Assembly: GCA_036337155.1 (NCBI GenBank)
Contig: JAYZET010000027.1
Span: 8,009-72,008, forward strand
Direction of reading: 5' to 3'
DNA: 64,000 bases
Source of the DNA: Pseudomonadota bacterium
GTDB lineage: Bacteria; Pseudomonadota; Alphaproteobacteria; UBA8366
A model generated the notes under the pieces. That model was not told the DNA's origin and did not search any database. It saw nothing but the letters and a program-made list of their open reading frames with translations. Shown piece by piece: positions 1 through 11,868 of this stretch (position 1 is the stretch's first letter; each line of letters starts with the position of its first letter). A program made the position numbers and the translations under genes.

Positions 1-27
1 GGATCTCGCACAGCCTGGCGACGCCAA

Positions 28-1416
28 ATGACAATGGAAATTTATCCCATGGCAGCATCTTCGCAATCTGGCGGTGAACCAATTACCGGCAAGGCGCAGC
101 TGGTCGAGTACCTTGAAGGTGGCTGCAAACCACGCGAACAGTGGCGTATTGGAACAGAACACGAAAAATTCGCTTATAATCTCTCCGATTTGACACGCCT
201 TCCCTACGAAGGTTCGCCAGGAATAAGCCTCTTGCTAGACGGATTGACTCGTTTCGGTTGGGAACCGGTTTTTGAAAAAGGCAATGTTATAGCATTGCGC
301 AAGTCGGACGGCGCTTCGGTTTCGCTAGAACCGGGGGGACAGTTTGAACTGTCCGGTGCCATGATGGAGACGATTCATCAGACATGCGCCGAGGTTCAAA
401 CACATCTTAAAGAGGTCAAGTCGGTCTGCGAGGAAATTGGAGCGGGGGTGCTCGGCCTCGGCTTCGATCCGAAGTCGCGTCGCGAAAATGTTGGTTGGAT
501 GCCGAAGGGCCGATACAAGATCATGCGCGATTATATGCCTAAAAAAGGTAACCATGGCCTCGATATGATGCTGCGGAGTTGCACCGTACAAGTCAATCTA
601 GACTACGTCTCGGAAACAGACATGATCCGCAAAATGCGTGTCAGTCTGGCCCTGCAACCGATCGCCACCGCACTGTTCGCAAATTCACCTTTTGTCGAGG
701 GCCGGCCTTGCGGATACCAGAGCTTTCGAAGCTTTATCTGGACCGATACAGATCCAGACCGTTGTGGCATGTTGCCCTTCGTGTTCGATGAAGGTTTCGG
801 CTTTGAAGCCTATGTTGACTACGTGCTCGATGTACCAATGTACTTCGTCCATCGAGATGGAAATTATATTGACGTCAGCGGTGCATCATTTCGCGACTTC
901 ATGGCCGGCACACTGGACCCGGTAAAAGGCATCTCCGCCATGATGGACGATTGGGTAGACCACCTTACTACACCCTTTCCCGAAGTTAGGATGAAGCGCT
1001 TCATAGAAATGCGAGGCGCCGACGGCGGGCCGTGGCGAAGCTTGTGCGCGTTGCCAGCGTTTTGGGTAGGTCTTCTTTACAACCAGACAGCACTCGATGC
1101 AGCCTGGGACCTCTGTCGGGACTGGAGCGACGAGGAACGCGAATATCTCCGCAGAGAGACCCCAAAAACGGCCCTTGATACACCATTCCGCGGTGGCACC
1201 GTCCTCGACCTAGCCCGCCAAGTTTTAGATATCGCCGAGGCTGGTTTGAAACTTCGAGGGAAGGTAAATGACGCTGGCGTCGATGAAACCATGTTCTTGG
1301 CGGAATTGAGGGAAATCGCCGACAGTGGCCTAAGCCGAGCTGCGCGATTGCTCTACGCCTATGAGAATGTCTGGGATGGAGAAATTGAAAAAGCCTACGA
1401 AGTGATGTCTTACTGA
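28..1416 (+). CDS. gshA: Glutamate--cysteine ligase (alphaproteobacterial/plant type)
   Basis: RIGTEHEKF, SLEPGGQFELSG, TVQVNLD, FPEVRMKRFIEMRGADGG motifs; true start may be a downstream Met (e.g. 49). Confidence 0.95.
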   Translation: MTMEIYPMAASSQSGGEPITGKAQLVEYLEGGCKPREQWRIGTEHEKFAYNLSDLTRLPYEGSPGISLLLDGLTRFGWEPVFEKGNVIALRKSDGASVSLEPGGQFELSGAMMETIHQTCAEVQTHLKEVKSVCEEIGAGVLGLGFDPKSRRENVGWMPKGRYKIMRDYMPKKGNHGLDMMLRSCTVQVNLDYVSETDMIRKMRVSLALQPIATALFANSPFVEGRPCGYQSFRSFIWTDTDPDRCGMLPFVFDEGFGFEAYVDYVLDVPMYFVHRDGNYIDVSGASFRDFMAGTLDPVKGISAMMDDWVDHLTTPFPEVRMKRFIEMRGADGGPWRSLCALPAFWVGLLYNQTALDAAWDLCRDWSDEEREYLRRETPKTALDTPFRGGTVLDLARQVLDIAEAGLKLRGKVNDAGVDETMFLAELREIADSGLSRAARLLYAYENVWDGEIEKAYEVMSY

Positions 1417-1593
1417 TTTACCCCATAGATGCGCCATTGCATGGTGACACATACAAAAGCCATCTTACCTCGAGCAGTGGGTTATTTCCCAGGCAATACA
1501 ATTTTTGGTTTCCAGATGGTATTCCATTGTGACGCCTATGGACCTTATTTTGGTTCGCGATTAACCAGCATTACTAGCCTGGTCAACAAATGA

Positions 1594-2025
1594 TTAGCGC
1601 ACGTCGACCTTATCAGCCTCAACAAACAAGGTTTTCATTACACGTATATCATTGCCGGCATCATCCTTACCCCAGTATTCGATCGTGATCGTATCCCGAG
1701 CCTGCCGCGTCGCGACAAGATGGTCAGATTGTTCCAAACTTTGCCCACCATCTATTCGATAGTTTACCCGCGCACTTAGGCAGGATTCGCCATTCTCAAT
1801 GCAAACTTTGCCAATTTGCAGCGTCACGCCGGTGCCGCCCGATTCAGAATATTTCCGCTTATGGAAGTAGGTATGGCGCCCGTCCAAGATCTGATGGCGT
1901 AATTCCGCTATTTCAAGGACGAGTTGCGCCGGGCCTGAACCAATTTGTTTCGTTGCCTCTTCCTCATCACAACCAACGAGGAAGGCCAAGATGGCGAACG
2001 CTATGTGGAGTTTCCAAAATTCCAC
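1594..2025 (-). CDS. Hypothetical lipoprotein
   Basis: 143 aa ORF; hydrophobic signal ending in lipobox LVGC; 25 nt downstream of tldD on the same strand. Confidence 0.65.
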   Translation of the reverse strand: MEFWKLHIAFAILAFLVGCDEEEATKQIGSGPAQLVLEIAELRHQILDGRHTYFHKRKYSESGGTGVTLQIGKVCIENGESCLSARVNYRIDGGQSLEQSDHLVATRQARDTITIEYWGKDDAGNDIRVMKTLFVEADKVDVR

Positions 2026-2050
2026 GATGCCCTCAAAGTGGAAAACCCAA

Positions 2051-3484
2051 TCAGGCCGCGGTTCCCCCGACTGTTAGCCCATCGAGCCGCATCGTCGGCT
2101 GCCCGACCCCAACGGGTACGCCTTGCCCTTCCTTGCCGCAAGTTCCAACGCCCGGGTCCAACGCCATGTCATTTCCAATCATCGACACCTTTGTCAATGC
2201 ATCCGGGCCATTGCCTATCAAAGTCGCGCCTTTGACCGGGGCAGCTTTTTTACCTGATTCTATTTTGTATGCTTCCGTGCAAGTGAATACAAACTTGCCG
2301 CTCGTGATATCGACCTGACCGCCGCCGAAATTCACAGCATAAAGTCCATGGTCAACCGACGCCAAGATTTCCTCGGGATCCTTGTCGCCAGCCAACATAT
2401 ACGTATTAGTCATTCGAGGCATCGGTGCATGCGCGTAGGATTGGCGGCGACCGTTACCTGTTGCAGCCATATCCATGAGGCGCGCGTTCAACCGATCCTG
2501 CATGTAACCGACGAGAATACCGTCCTCTATCAAGGTCGTGCTCCGCGTTGGCGTTCCTTCATCGTCAATTGATAGCGAGCCACGACGACCGGCCATGGTA
2601 CCGTCATCGACTACAGTCACACCGGGAGCAGCTACCCGCTCTCCCATCAAGCCGGAGAACGCTGAGGTTTTTTTGCGATTGAAATCACCTTCGAGACCGT
2701 GCCCAATTGCTTCATGCAAAAGGATGCCCGGCCATCCCGGACCAAGTACAACCGTCATCTCTCCCGCTGGTGCGGGTATAGATTCGAGATTAACCAGCGC
2801 CTGTCTCAGGGCTTCGTCAGCGTAGTCGCACCAGGTACCCTCATGGAAGAGTTTCGAATAGGCGGTGCGACCGCCAGCACCGAAACTACCTGTTTCCATC
2901 CGCTCGCCGTCCTGAACCACCACCGCAACATTCAGACGGACAAGCGGTCTAATGTCTGCCACACGATAGCCGCCCAGCCGTATAATTTGAATCGCCTTCC
3001 ATTCGCCCGAAACGCTCGCCATAACTTGGGCAACGCGCGGATCTTTTGCGCGCAAGTAGCGGTCTATATCTGACAGAAGCGCCACTTTCCGATCGAACAC
3101 CACCTCGCCAAGTGGGTTTTGCTCCGTATAAAGGCTCGCATTGGTCTGCATCGGCGCATCGGCATAAATACCGCCGTGTCCCGACCGCGCCGCCTTCACC
3201 GTGTTGGCCGCGCGGCGCACAGCATCTTCGGAAAGCTCAGTCGAATGCGCATAACCCGTGGTATCGCCTGAAACAGCGCGCAACCCGAAACCCTGCGCCG
3301 TATCGAAACTGGCGTTTCGAACCCGTCCATCATCGAAGGAAACGCTTTCCGATTGACAGTATTCGAGAAACAGTTCTCCGTCGTTCGCGCCTATTAATGC
3401 GTCACCCAAAATGGATTCGAGACGCACCCGATCAAGGCCGCCATGATTGAAGAAAAGATCGTCGGTCTGGGTCAGGTCGGTCAT
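2051..3484 (-). CDS. tldD: Metalloprotease TldD
   Basis: GWPGILLHEAIGHGLEGDFNRK, RMTNT, CGKEGQGVPVGVGQPT motifs. Confidence 0.96.
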   Translation of the reverse strand: MTDLTQTDDLFFNHGGLDRVRLESILGDALIGANDGELFLEYCQSESVSFDDGRVRNASFDTAQGFGLRAVSGDTTGYAHSTELSEDAVRRAANTVKAARSGHGGIYADAPMQTNASLYTEQNPLGEVVFDRKVALLSDIDRYLRAKDPRVAQVMASVSGEWKAIQIIRLGGYRVADIRPLVRLNVAVVVQDGERMETGSFGAGGRTAYSKLFHEGTWCDYADEALRQALVNLESIPAPAGEMTVVLGPGWPGILLHEAIGHGLEGDFNRKKTSAFSGLMGERVAAPGVTVVDDGTMAGRRGSLSIDDEGTPTRSTTLIEDGILVGYMQDRLNARLMDMAATGNGRRQSYAHAPMPRMTNTYMLAGDKDPEEILASVDHGLYAVNFGGGQVDITSGKFVFTCTEAYKIESGKKAAPVKGATLIGNGPDALTKVSMIGNDMALDPGVGTCGKEGQGVPVGVGQPTMRLDGLTVGGTAA

Positions 3485-3697
3485 TCAAATTAATCCGCGC
3501 TGTTTTGCCTACAAGGCATCGGGTGTGTTGCATAATGAAATTAGATGAAGCACCCCTTAGCCTTCCCAATGGCACACTTTTACAACATGCATAGCTTATA
3601 AAATTTTTGAATTTTCAGCACGCATAATTATTACCGATTCAGTCGCCGGAATAAATTAACGCCAAACGGCCGAAAGCTTGGCAATTCAACCAATTTT

Positions 3698-3712
3698 GCG
3701 ACATAGTGTCGC
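3698..3712. promoter_or_regulatory. RegA/RegR/PrrA-type binding site upstream of the cox operon
   Basis: Perfect palindrome GCGACA-tag-TGTCGC in the tldD/coxB divergent gap; matches the GCGRC...GYCGC RegA/RegR consensus. Confidence 0.6.
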
Positions 3713-3926
3713 GAGAGATGCTATCGCAGAGCGCGACTGTTATATATGATCTCGTTATTGCAAGGCTCGGGTCTTTGCTTCGGTCGTATTTGGCCGTAAA
3801 TTAAGTGGCCTATCTTGCGCCCGAGCAGGTTAGAGTTTTACCGAGCGCCTTCTTCGGTGCTTAAATTCCGGTTCGTTAAGACTGACCGGAACATCGGAGA
3901 GGCAGGTTGATGTGGGAGAATGCAGG

Positions 3927-4784
3927 GTGAATAAGCTTTTCGTTACAGCGACCATACTAATATCAACAGTTTTCAGCGGGCAGGTCGCCGCCAGCGAGCC
4001 TACACCATGGCAGATTGGGCTGCAGTCGCCCGTTACGCCAACGGCCGTAATGATCAACAATTTTCATGACGCCCTAAACGTGATCATTTTTTTGATCACA
4101 ATATTTGTGCTTGGATTGCTGCTTTATGCATGCTTCAGGTTCCGCGAAAGCAGAAACCCTACACCTTCAAATACGACCCATAATACGCTCATCGAGATTC
4201 TTTGGACAGTTATCCCAATCGCCATACTTGTTGGCATCGCCATTCCTTCCATGAAGTTGTTGTATTTCGCAGATAAAGTAGAAGACGCTGATATGACGCT
4301 CAAGGTCATTGGCCATCAATGGTATTGGGAGTACCAATATCCAGATCATGGAAATTTTGGCTTCGACGCTAACATGATCCCGGAGGATGAATTGAAGCCG
4401 GGTCAAAAACGGCTTATGGATACAGATAATCCTGTTGTATTGCCGGTTGGGAAGAAAGTTAGGCTTCTATTTGCATCTGTCGATGTCATTCATAATTGGT
4501 CGATGTCCAGCTTCGGCGTGAAAGTAGATACAACACCGGGGCGTCTCAACGAGACCTGGGTCCAAATCGACAAGGCGGGCACTTATTATGGCTTCTGCTC
4601 GGAACTGTGCGGGGTCAATCACGCATTCATGCCTATTATGGTCCAAGCGGTGCCCCCGGCAGATTTTGCTGCTTGGGTTAAAAGGGCGCAAAAAGAATTT
4701 GCGAGGGTCGATAAACCCAGAGCGCCTGTCGGTCAACCAGCCGAGGCGGCCATAAGGGTCGCCGCACGCGATTTGTCCAAGTAG
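3927..4784 (+). CDS. coxB: Cytochrome c oxidase subunit II
   Basis: GHQWYW, DVIHNW, CuA ligands CSELCGVNHAFM; GTG start at 3927 after GGGAG. Confidence 0.96.
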   Translation: MNKLFVTATILISTVFSGQVAASEPTPWQIGLQSPVTPTAVMINNFHDALNVIIFLITIFVLGLLLYACFRFRESRNPTPSNTTHNTLIEILWTVIPIAILVGIAIPSMKLLYFADKVEDADMTLKVIGHQWYWEYQYPDHGNFGFDANMIPEDELKPGQKRLMDTDNPVVLPVGKKVRLLFASVDVIHNWSMSSFGVKVDTTPGRLNETWVQIDKAGTYYGFCSELCGVNHAFMPIMVQAVPPADFAAWVKRAQKEFARVDKPRAPVGQPAEAAIRVAARDLSK

Positions 4785-6419
<1,635 letters not shown>

Positions 6420-6443
6420 CGTCGCGGAGTTCGGAGATAGATC

Positions 6444-7346
6444 TTGGCGCACACCGCCACTCCATCGGCTCCAGCAACGGGCGACGTAAGAGATTACGTG
6501 GCACTCTTAAAGCCGCGCGTTATGTCGCTGGTCGTGTTCACGGCCTTCGCTGGTCTTGTCATAGCGCCGGTAGGGATGCATCCGATACTGGCAGTGGTGG
6601 CAGTTCTCTGCGTAGCCCTGGCGTCAGGCGCGGCGGGCGCAATCAACATGTGGTACGACCGCGATATCGATGCTATCATGCAGCGAACTAACTGCCGCCC
6701 TCTTCCGACTGGCAAAATCGAGCCTGCTGAAGCGTTGTCTTTTGGTATCATCCTTGCCGCGGGCGCGGTGATGTTGATGTTCCTGGCAACAAACGCGGTT
6801 GCGGCAGTGCTGTTGGCCGCAGCTATATTGTTCTACGTTTTCGTGTACACGGTGTGGCTGAAGCGAAGAACGCCGCAAAACATTGTCATTGGGGGCGCCG
6901 CGGGAGCTTTCCCGCCGATGATCGGCTGGGCTGCTGCGACAGGCGACGTTGGAATCGAAGCGGCAATTTTATTCTTTCTGATCTTCTGCTGGACGCCGCC
7001 CCATTTCTGGGCGCTGGCGCTTTATCGCAAAGACGACTATTTCGCGGCAGGGATACCGATGATGCCTATCGCCCGGGGTGCCGCGGCGACAAAACGGCAG
7101 ATGCTCGCTTATACAGTTGTGTTGCTGCCTCTGAGTCTCACCCCTTGTTTATTAGGTTTCGCCGGGTGGCCTATCTTTGGCACGGTCGCAATCATCTTAA
7201 ACGCCGTGTTTTTGTCCCTTGCAGTGGCGGTAGTGCGAGACCCGACCGACCGTAGCGCGCGACGAATGTTCGGTTATTCGATTTTCTATCTCTTCAGCTT
7301 GTTCGCTGTTCTTGTAGCAGACAATCTTGTTACCAGGATACATTAG
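6444..7346 (+). CDS. ctaB: Protoheme IX farnesyltransferase (heme O synthase, CtaB/CyoE)
   Basis: LLKPRV, NMWYDRDID, LKRRTPQNIVIGG, WTPPHFWAL. Confidence 0.95.
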   Translation: MAHTATPSAPATGDVRDYVALLKPRVMSLVVFTAFAGLVIAPVGMHPILAVVAVLCVALASGAAGAINMWYDRDIDAIMQRTNCRPLPTGKIEPAEALSFGIILAAGAVMLMFLATNAVAAVLLAAAILFYVFVYTVWLKRRTPQNIVIGGAAGAFPPMIGWAAATGDVGIEAAILFFLIFCWTPPHFWALALYRKDDYFAAGIPMMPIARGAAATKRQMLAYTVVLLPLSLTPCLLGFAGWPIFGTVAIILNAVFLSLAVAVVRDPTDRSARRMFGYSIFYLFSLFAVLVADNLVTRIH

Positions 7347-7355
7347 GAATACAGA

Positions 7356-7517
7356 ATGATTGTAGATACGATGAGCGATACGGAACAGAAGAGTAAAGAG
7401 CTAGCAAGCGCTCAGCGTCGGCAACGCCGTAAAAATTATACATTAATGACTATTTTGTTTGCATGGGCCGTGATTATCTATCTTGTGGCAATCCTTCGCA
7501 TGGGGGGCGCCTCATGA
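7356..7517 (+). CDS. Small CoxF-like membrane protein (53 aa), absent from the ORF track
   Basis: MIVDTMSDTEQKSKELASAQRRQRRKNYTLMTILFAWAVIIYLVAILRMGGAS; basic patch plus one TM helix; its TGA overlaps the ctaG ATG (ATGA). Confidence 0.75.
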   Translation: MIVDTMSDTEQKSKELASAQRRQRRKNYTLMTILFAWAVIIYLVAILRMGGAS

Positions 7518-8116
7518 CGTCACTCGCCCAAAGAAATCGCCGCCTCGTCTTTGGCCTTGGCGCTGTTGCCATTGGTATGGTGGGCCTATCCTACGCAGCT
7601 GTCCCCCTGTACGACCTCTTTTGCCGGGTGACCGGCTATGGCGGCACGACGCAAGTTGCGATAGAACACAGCGCTGTAGTATCAGAACGTCCTATAAAAG
7701 TGCGGTTTGATGCTATGGTTACCAACATCAACTGGGCCTTCCAGCCGGCCCAGCGGGAGATTGAACTAAAGGTCGGCGAAAACGCCTTGGCTTTCTACCA
7801 AGCCACCAACCGATCATCACAAACCCTTACCGGAACGGCGACCTTCAACGTGACACCGCTTAAGGCCGGAGCCTATTTCAGCAAAGTTGAGTGTTTCTGT
7901 TTTACGGAACAGACACTGGCCCCAGGTGAAACAATAGAAATGCCTGTATCCTTCTTCGTCGACCCAGAAATTGACAAAGATCCAAACCTGAAAGACGTAA
8001 AGACCATCACACTTTCTTACACGTTCTATCCAACAGAACCGACGGATCGGCAAGACGATGAACGACAAGTTAGCGCCAACATCGGTCCCGGAGACCGGTT
8101 GCGGTTGATACAATAG
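7514..8116 (+). CDS. ctaG: Cytochrome c oxidase copper assembly protein CtaG/Cox11
   Basis: YAAVPLYDLFCRVTGYGG, FSKVECFCFTEQ, TITLSYTFY; start at ATG 7514. Confidence 0.95.
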   Translation: MTSLAQRNRRLVFGLGAVAIGMVGLSYAAVPLYDLFCRVTGYGGTTQVAIEHSAVVSERPIKVRFDAMVTNINWAFQPAQREIELKVGENALAFYQATNRSSQTLTGTATFNVTPLKAGAYFSKVECFCFTEQTLAPGETIEMPVSFFVDPEIDKDPNLKDVKTITLSYTFYPTEPTDRQDDERQVSANIGPGDRLRLIQ

Positions 8117-8152
8117 CATAATCCCTCTCAGAGAGAAGAATGAGGAAACGAG

Positions 8153-9025
8153 ATGAGCGCAACGACTGACGAACATCACAGTCACAGCCACCCCTATCAC
8201 CTAGTCGACCCAAGCCCCTGGCCGGCCGTAGGTGCGATTGCCGCCTTCCTACTTACGTTCGGCGTCGTACTTTTCATGCATCCAGACATGCTTGGTGAAG
8301 GCCTCGAACCGATGATTTCTTCGATCGGTGCCCTTATCTTCGTGCCCGGTGTGTTACTCGTGCTCTACACCATGTTCGTTTGGTGGCGCGATGTCGTTCG
8401 CGAAGCCGAACACGAAGGCCATCATAGTCCGGTAGTACAGTTGGGGCTGCGGTACGGAATGGCGCTGTTCATCTGCTCGGAGGTAATGTTTTTCGTTGCT
8501 TTCTTCTGGGCTTATTTTGAATCGAGCCTTTATCCAAAAGAGATCCCTCACGATCCTCTTGCAGCCGGTTTCGCAGGCGGTGTTTGGCCGCCGGAAGGTA
8601 TCAAAACATTCGACCCCTTTGATCTACCATTGATGAATACCTTGATCCTACTGCTGTCCGGCGTAACAGTGACCTGGGCACACCACGCATTGCGTGAAGG
8701 CGACCGCGATGGACTCATTAAAGGTCTCGCCTACACCATATTGCTCGGTTTGTTGTTCACCTGCGTGCAGGCTTACGAATACGGGCACGCGGCCTTCACA
8801 TTTACCGGCGGCATTTATGGCTCAACTTTCTATATGGCCACCGGCTTTCACGGGGCGCACGTGATAATCGGAACTACATTTCTGATCGTTTGCTATTTCC
8901 GGGCCCGAAGGGGTCACTTCAAGCCAGATCATCACTTTGGCTTTGAGGCTGCAGCTTGGTATTGGCACTTTGTCGACGTAGTTTGGCTATTCCTGTTCTG
9001 TTGCATTTACTGGTGGGGCGCTTAA
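8153..9025 (+). CDS. coxC: Cytochrome c oxidase subunit III
   Basis: HPYHLVDPSPWP, SEVMFF, ATGFHGAHV, AAWYWHFVDVVW. Confidence 0.97.
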   Translation: MSATTDEHHSHSHPYHLVDPSPWPAVGAIAAFLLTFGVVLFMHPDMLGEGLEPMISSIGALIFVPGVLLVLYTMFVWWRDVVREAEHEGHHSPVVQLGLRYGMALFICSEVMFFVAFFWAYFESSLYPKEIPHDPLAAGFAGGVWPPEGIKTFDPFDLPLMNTLILLLSGVTVTWAHHALREGDRDGLIKGLAYTILLGLLFTCVQAYEYGHAAFTFTGGIYGSTFYMATGFHGAHVIIGTTFLIVCYFRARRGHFKPDHHFGFEAAAWYWHFVDVVWLFLFCCIYWWGA

Positions 9026-9075
9026 ACAGCGCCTGAGGTTCGAGGCGTGAGGAAGATCCTCGCGTCCGTCAGCCC

Positions 9076-9426
9076 TTGTTGATCGGTTGGCAATGCCGGG
9101 GCCTAAACTGCAGTATCGGTTTCGACGGTTTGCTTAGCGTGAAAATTGTTTGGGACATTTGCAAACGAGAGCTCAAGGCGAAAGCCAGCGGCGATGGACC
9201 GGCAGTGTCCGTAATCCTTATTATCAGATCAATCATTTTCGGATTGGCGTTTTGGCCTAAGATTATGATCGCAGCTACCTAACCGATGCACATAGTGCTA
9301 AGGCTACCGCTCCTCTTCGTGCAAAGCGTCTGCCTATTGCCACTCTTTAAAGCCACATTTATCACGCTTCAATTTCACGACTCGGCCTATAGAAGCAATC
9401 TCAGTACACTGGACCCTCAGGATTAG
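9076..9426 (+). pseudogene. Degraded DUF983-family gene
   Basis: FDGLL, SGDGPAV-VILI, then in-frame TAA (9280-9282) followed by PMHIVLRLPL...LLPLFKATFITLQF; CxxC motifs eroded; usual DUF983 position between coxC and SURF1. Confidence 0.75.
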
Positions 9427-9427
9427 C

Positions 9428-10135
9428 ATGACTTATCGCCCAAAACTCTGGCCTACGCTCTTTACAGTACCCGCACTGCTTACATTGCTCGCACTTGGCG
9501 CATGGCAAGTCGAGCGACTTAATTGGAAAGAGGAATTGATTGATCGCCTGCGGGAGCGCTCCACCGCAAAGCCAGTCGACCTACCTCACTGGATCGATAA
9601 TTTAGAAAATTTTGAATTCCGCCTCGTCTCCGTCACGGGAAAATTTCTCCATGAGCATGAGTTCTACCTTTTCAATCGTTCGCTAAAGGGTAAACCAGGT
9701 CTGAACGTTTTAACCCCTCTGAAACGTGCCGATGGTAACGGACATGTATTAGTGAACCGTGGCTGGGTGCCATTCGATAAAAGAGAGCCCGAAACAAGGC
9801 TCCAAGGACAAATTGGCGGCAGCGTCACCGTTGAGGGGATCGTGCGAATATCCAAAGGACCCGGGCTTTTCACGCCCGTCAACGAACCCCACAACAACAC
9901 CTGGTTTTACGTCGATCCGTCCCAAATGTCTGCTTCCACCAAACTGCCGCCGCTTCAGGGGTATTACTTACTCGCAGCTAACGATTCGCCAGGGGGCCTT
10001 CCCGTCAGTCATCAATGGCGGGTCGATATTCGCAACGATCATCTACAATATGCAATCACCTGGTTCGCTTTGGCCTTCAGTCTGATCGTCATCTATATCG
10101 TTTATCATATCCAACCGGACCGTAAAGACTTGTAA
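9428..10135 (+). CDS. SURF1 family cytochrome oxidase biogenesis protein
   Basis: LGAWQVERLNWK, VLVNRGWVP, NDHLQYAITWF. Confidence 0.95.
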   Translation: MTYRPKLWPTLFTVPALLTLLALGAWQVERLNWKEELIDRLRERSTAKPVDLPHWIDNLENFEFRLVSVTGKFLHEHEFYLFNRSLKGKPGLNVLTPLKRADGNGHVLVNRGWVPFDKREPETRLQGQIGGSVTVEGIVRISKGPGLFTPVNEPHNNTWFYVDPSQMSASTKLPPLQGYYLLAANDSPGGLPVSHQWRVDIRNDHLQYAITWFALAFSLIVIYIVYHIQPDRKDL

Positions 10136-10136
10136 C

Positions 10137-11636
10137 ATGACGCAGGCCTACCAAGCCCTTGAGGAACGGTACCGCCGTCTGTCGCTCCTCAGCGAAACGC
10201 TGGGCATATTGCGATGGGACATGTTAGTCATGATGCCACCGGAGGGAACCGGGGCTAGAAGCGAACAGATCGCAGCCTTGAAACTCCTCAGACATGATTT
10301 GATTTCGGACCCTGCCGTATCTGATTACCTCGACCAAGCGGAGGAAAATGAAGATCTGGATGATTGGCAGGCGGCCAACTTGCGTCGTATGCGACGCCGA
10401 TGGCTGCACACGACTGCTGTACCCGCAGATCTAGTCGAGGCGACGTCTCGCGCTATAGCGGTAACCGAAACAGTTTGGCGAACCGCCAGAATAGAAGACG
10501 ACTTTCAGACCATCCTACCGCATCTAAAAGATTTGCTAGCTCTCATCCGCGAAGTTGCAGCAGTGAAATCTATAGCACTCGGCATGCCCGCCTACCAAGC
10601 GATGATGGATTTGTACGAACCCGGCGCAACCACAAAAATGGTAGATCAACTTTTCAACGACTATGCCGAATTCCTCCCTGAATTCCTTGATGCAGTGCTG
10701 CGGTGTCAGAACGCCCAGCCGGCCCCTGAACTGCCGATGGGCCCCTTCCCTGTGGATCAGCAAGAAAGGCTCTGCCGCAATCTTGTAGAAACAATCGGCT
10801 TCGATTTTGCGAGCGGCCGGCTCGACACGACGTCACATCCTTTTTCCACCGGTGTGCCAGAAGACAGCCGCATTACCACACGCTACGACGAAGCCAATTT
10901 CATGCCGGCGATAATGGCGGCAGCTCATGAAACGGGCCATGCGATGTACGAACGTGGTCGACCCAGCGAATGGCGCTATCAACCAGTCGGTGAAACGCCC
11001 GGCCTCGGAATGCACGAAAGCCAGTCGTTAATCGTCGAGATGCAAGTCAGCCGTTCGAGGCCCTTCTTTCTATGGGCAGCCCCAAAAATACGCTCCGCAT
11101 TCGATGGTACGGGTGAAGTATGGTCTGCGGAAAACCTTTATCGCCTAGCCACCCGCGTTTCTCGGAGCTTTATTCGAGTCGATGCCGATGAGGTAACTTA
11201 CCCCGCCCACGTGATCCTGCGTTATCGTCTAGAACGAGCGATGATTGAAGGCGACCTCGCTGCGGCCGACCTGCCCAGTGCTTGGAATGAAGGCTTGCGA
11301 GCATTGCTCGACGTCGTCCCCCCCGATGACCGCAACGGTTGCTTACAGGATATTCATTGGTACGATGGTGCCTGGGGATATTTCCCAACCTATACCATTG
11401 GCGCAATGGCAGCAGCGCAAATTTTCGATTCGGCTACAAATGCTGACCCTAAAATAGAGAGCGGAATTGCAAGAGGCAATTTCGAAGCTTTGATGCGGTG
11501 GTTGCGAAAAGAGGTTCATAACCTAGGCGCGCGATTTTCGACCAACGAATTACTAAAACAGGCGACAGGTCGGCCGCTCGATTCTGCGGCTTTCACAAAA
11601 CATCTGAAGACCCGATACCTGAGAGACATATCATGA
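10137..11636 (+). CDS. Carboxypeptidase, M32 family
   Basis: HPF, RITTRY, HETGH (HEXXH), HESQS, IRVDADEVTY, GCLQDIHW, GYFPTY. Confidence 0.95.
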   Translation: MTQAYQALEERYRRLSLLSETLGILRWDMLVMMPPEGTGARSEQIAALKLLRHDLISDPAVSDYLDQAEENEDLDDWQAANLRRMRRRWLHTTAVPADLVEATSRAIAVTETVWRTARIEDDFQTILPHLKDLLALIREVAAVKSIALGMPAYQAMMDLYEPGATTKMVDQLFNDYAEFLPEFLDAVLRCQNAQPAPELPMGPFPVDQQERLCRNLVETIGFDFASGRLDTTSHPFSTGVPEDSRITTRYDEANFMPAIMAAAHETGHAMYERGRPSEWRYQPVGETPGLGMHESQSLIVEMQVSRSRPFFLWAAPKIRSAFDGTGEVWSAENLYRLATRVSRSFIRVDADEVTYPAHVILRYRLERAMIEGDLAAADLPSAWNEGLRALLDVVPPDDRNGCLQDIHWYDGAWGYFPTYTIGAMAAAQIFDSATNADPKIESGIARGNFEALMRWLRKEVHNLGARFSTNELLKQATGRPLDSAAFTKHLKTRYLRDIS

Positions 11637-11868
11637 AATAAATATAGAGACCTTTAGACGTCTTTGTCGAACTCACATTGCTCTAGGAGTAAGCGTCACT
11701 GCAATCAATCCCTATCCTTATCATACGTTATTGATTCCTCTGCAAGTTCAACAGAGGGAAACAGTCCTTCTCCGCCTCTACCGAACAAGTCGACAACACA
11801 GCTAATACCGGCGCTTGCTTGGCCCCAGCACGCCAGATACGCTAACCCGCTACGGGAGCTAAAAACGA

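Noticed and set aside
9280-9282. In-frame stop as a recoding site
   Set aside because: TAA, not TGA/TAG; not at a Cys position; surrounding motifs are degraded, so a pseudogene
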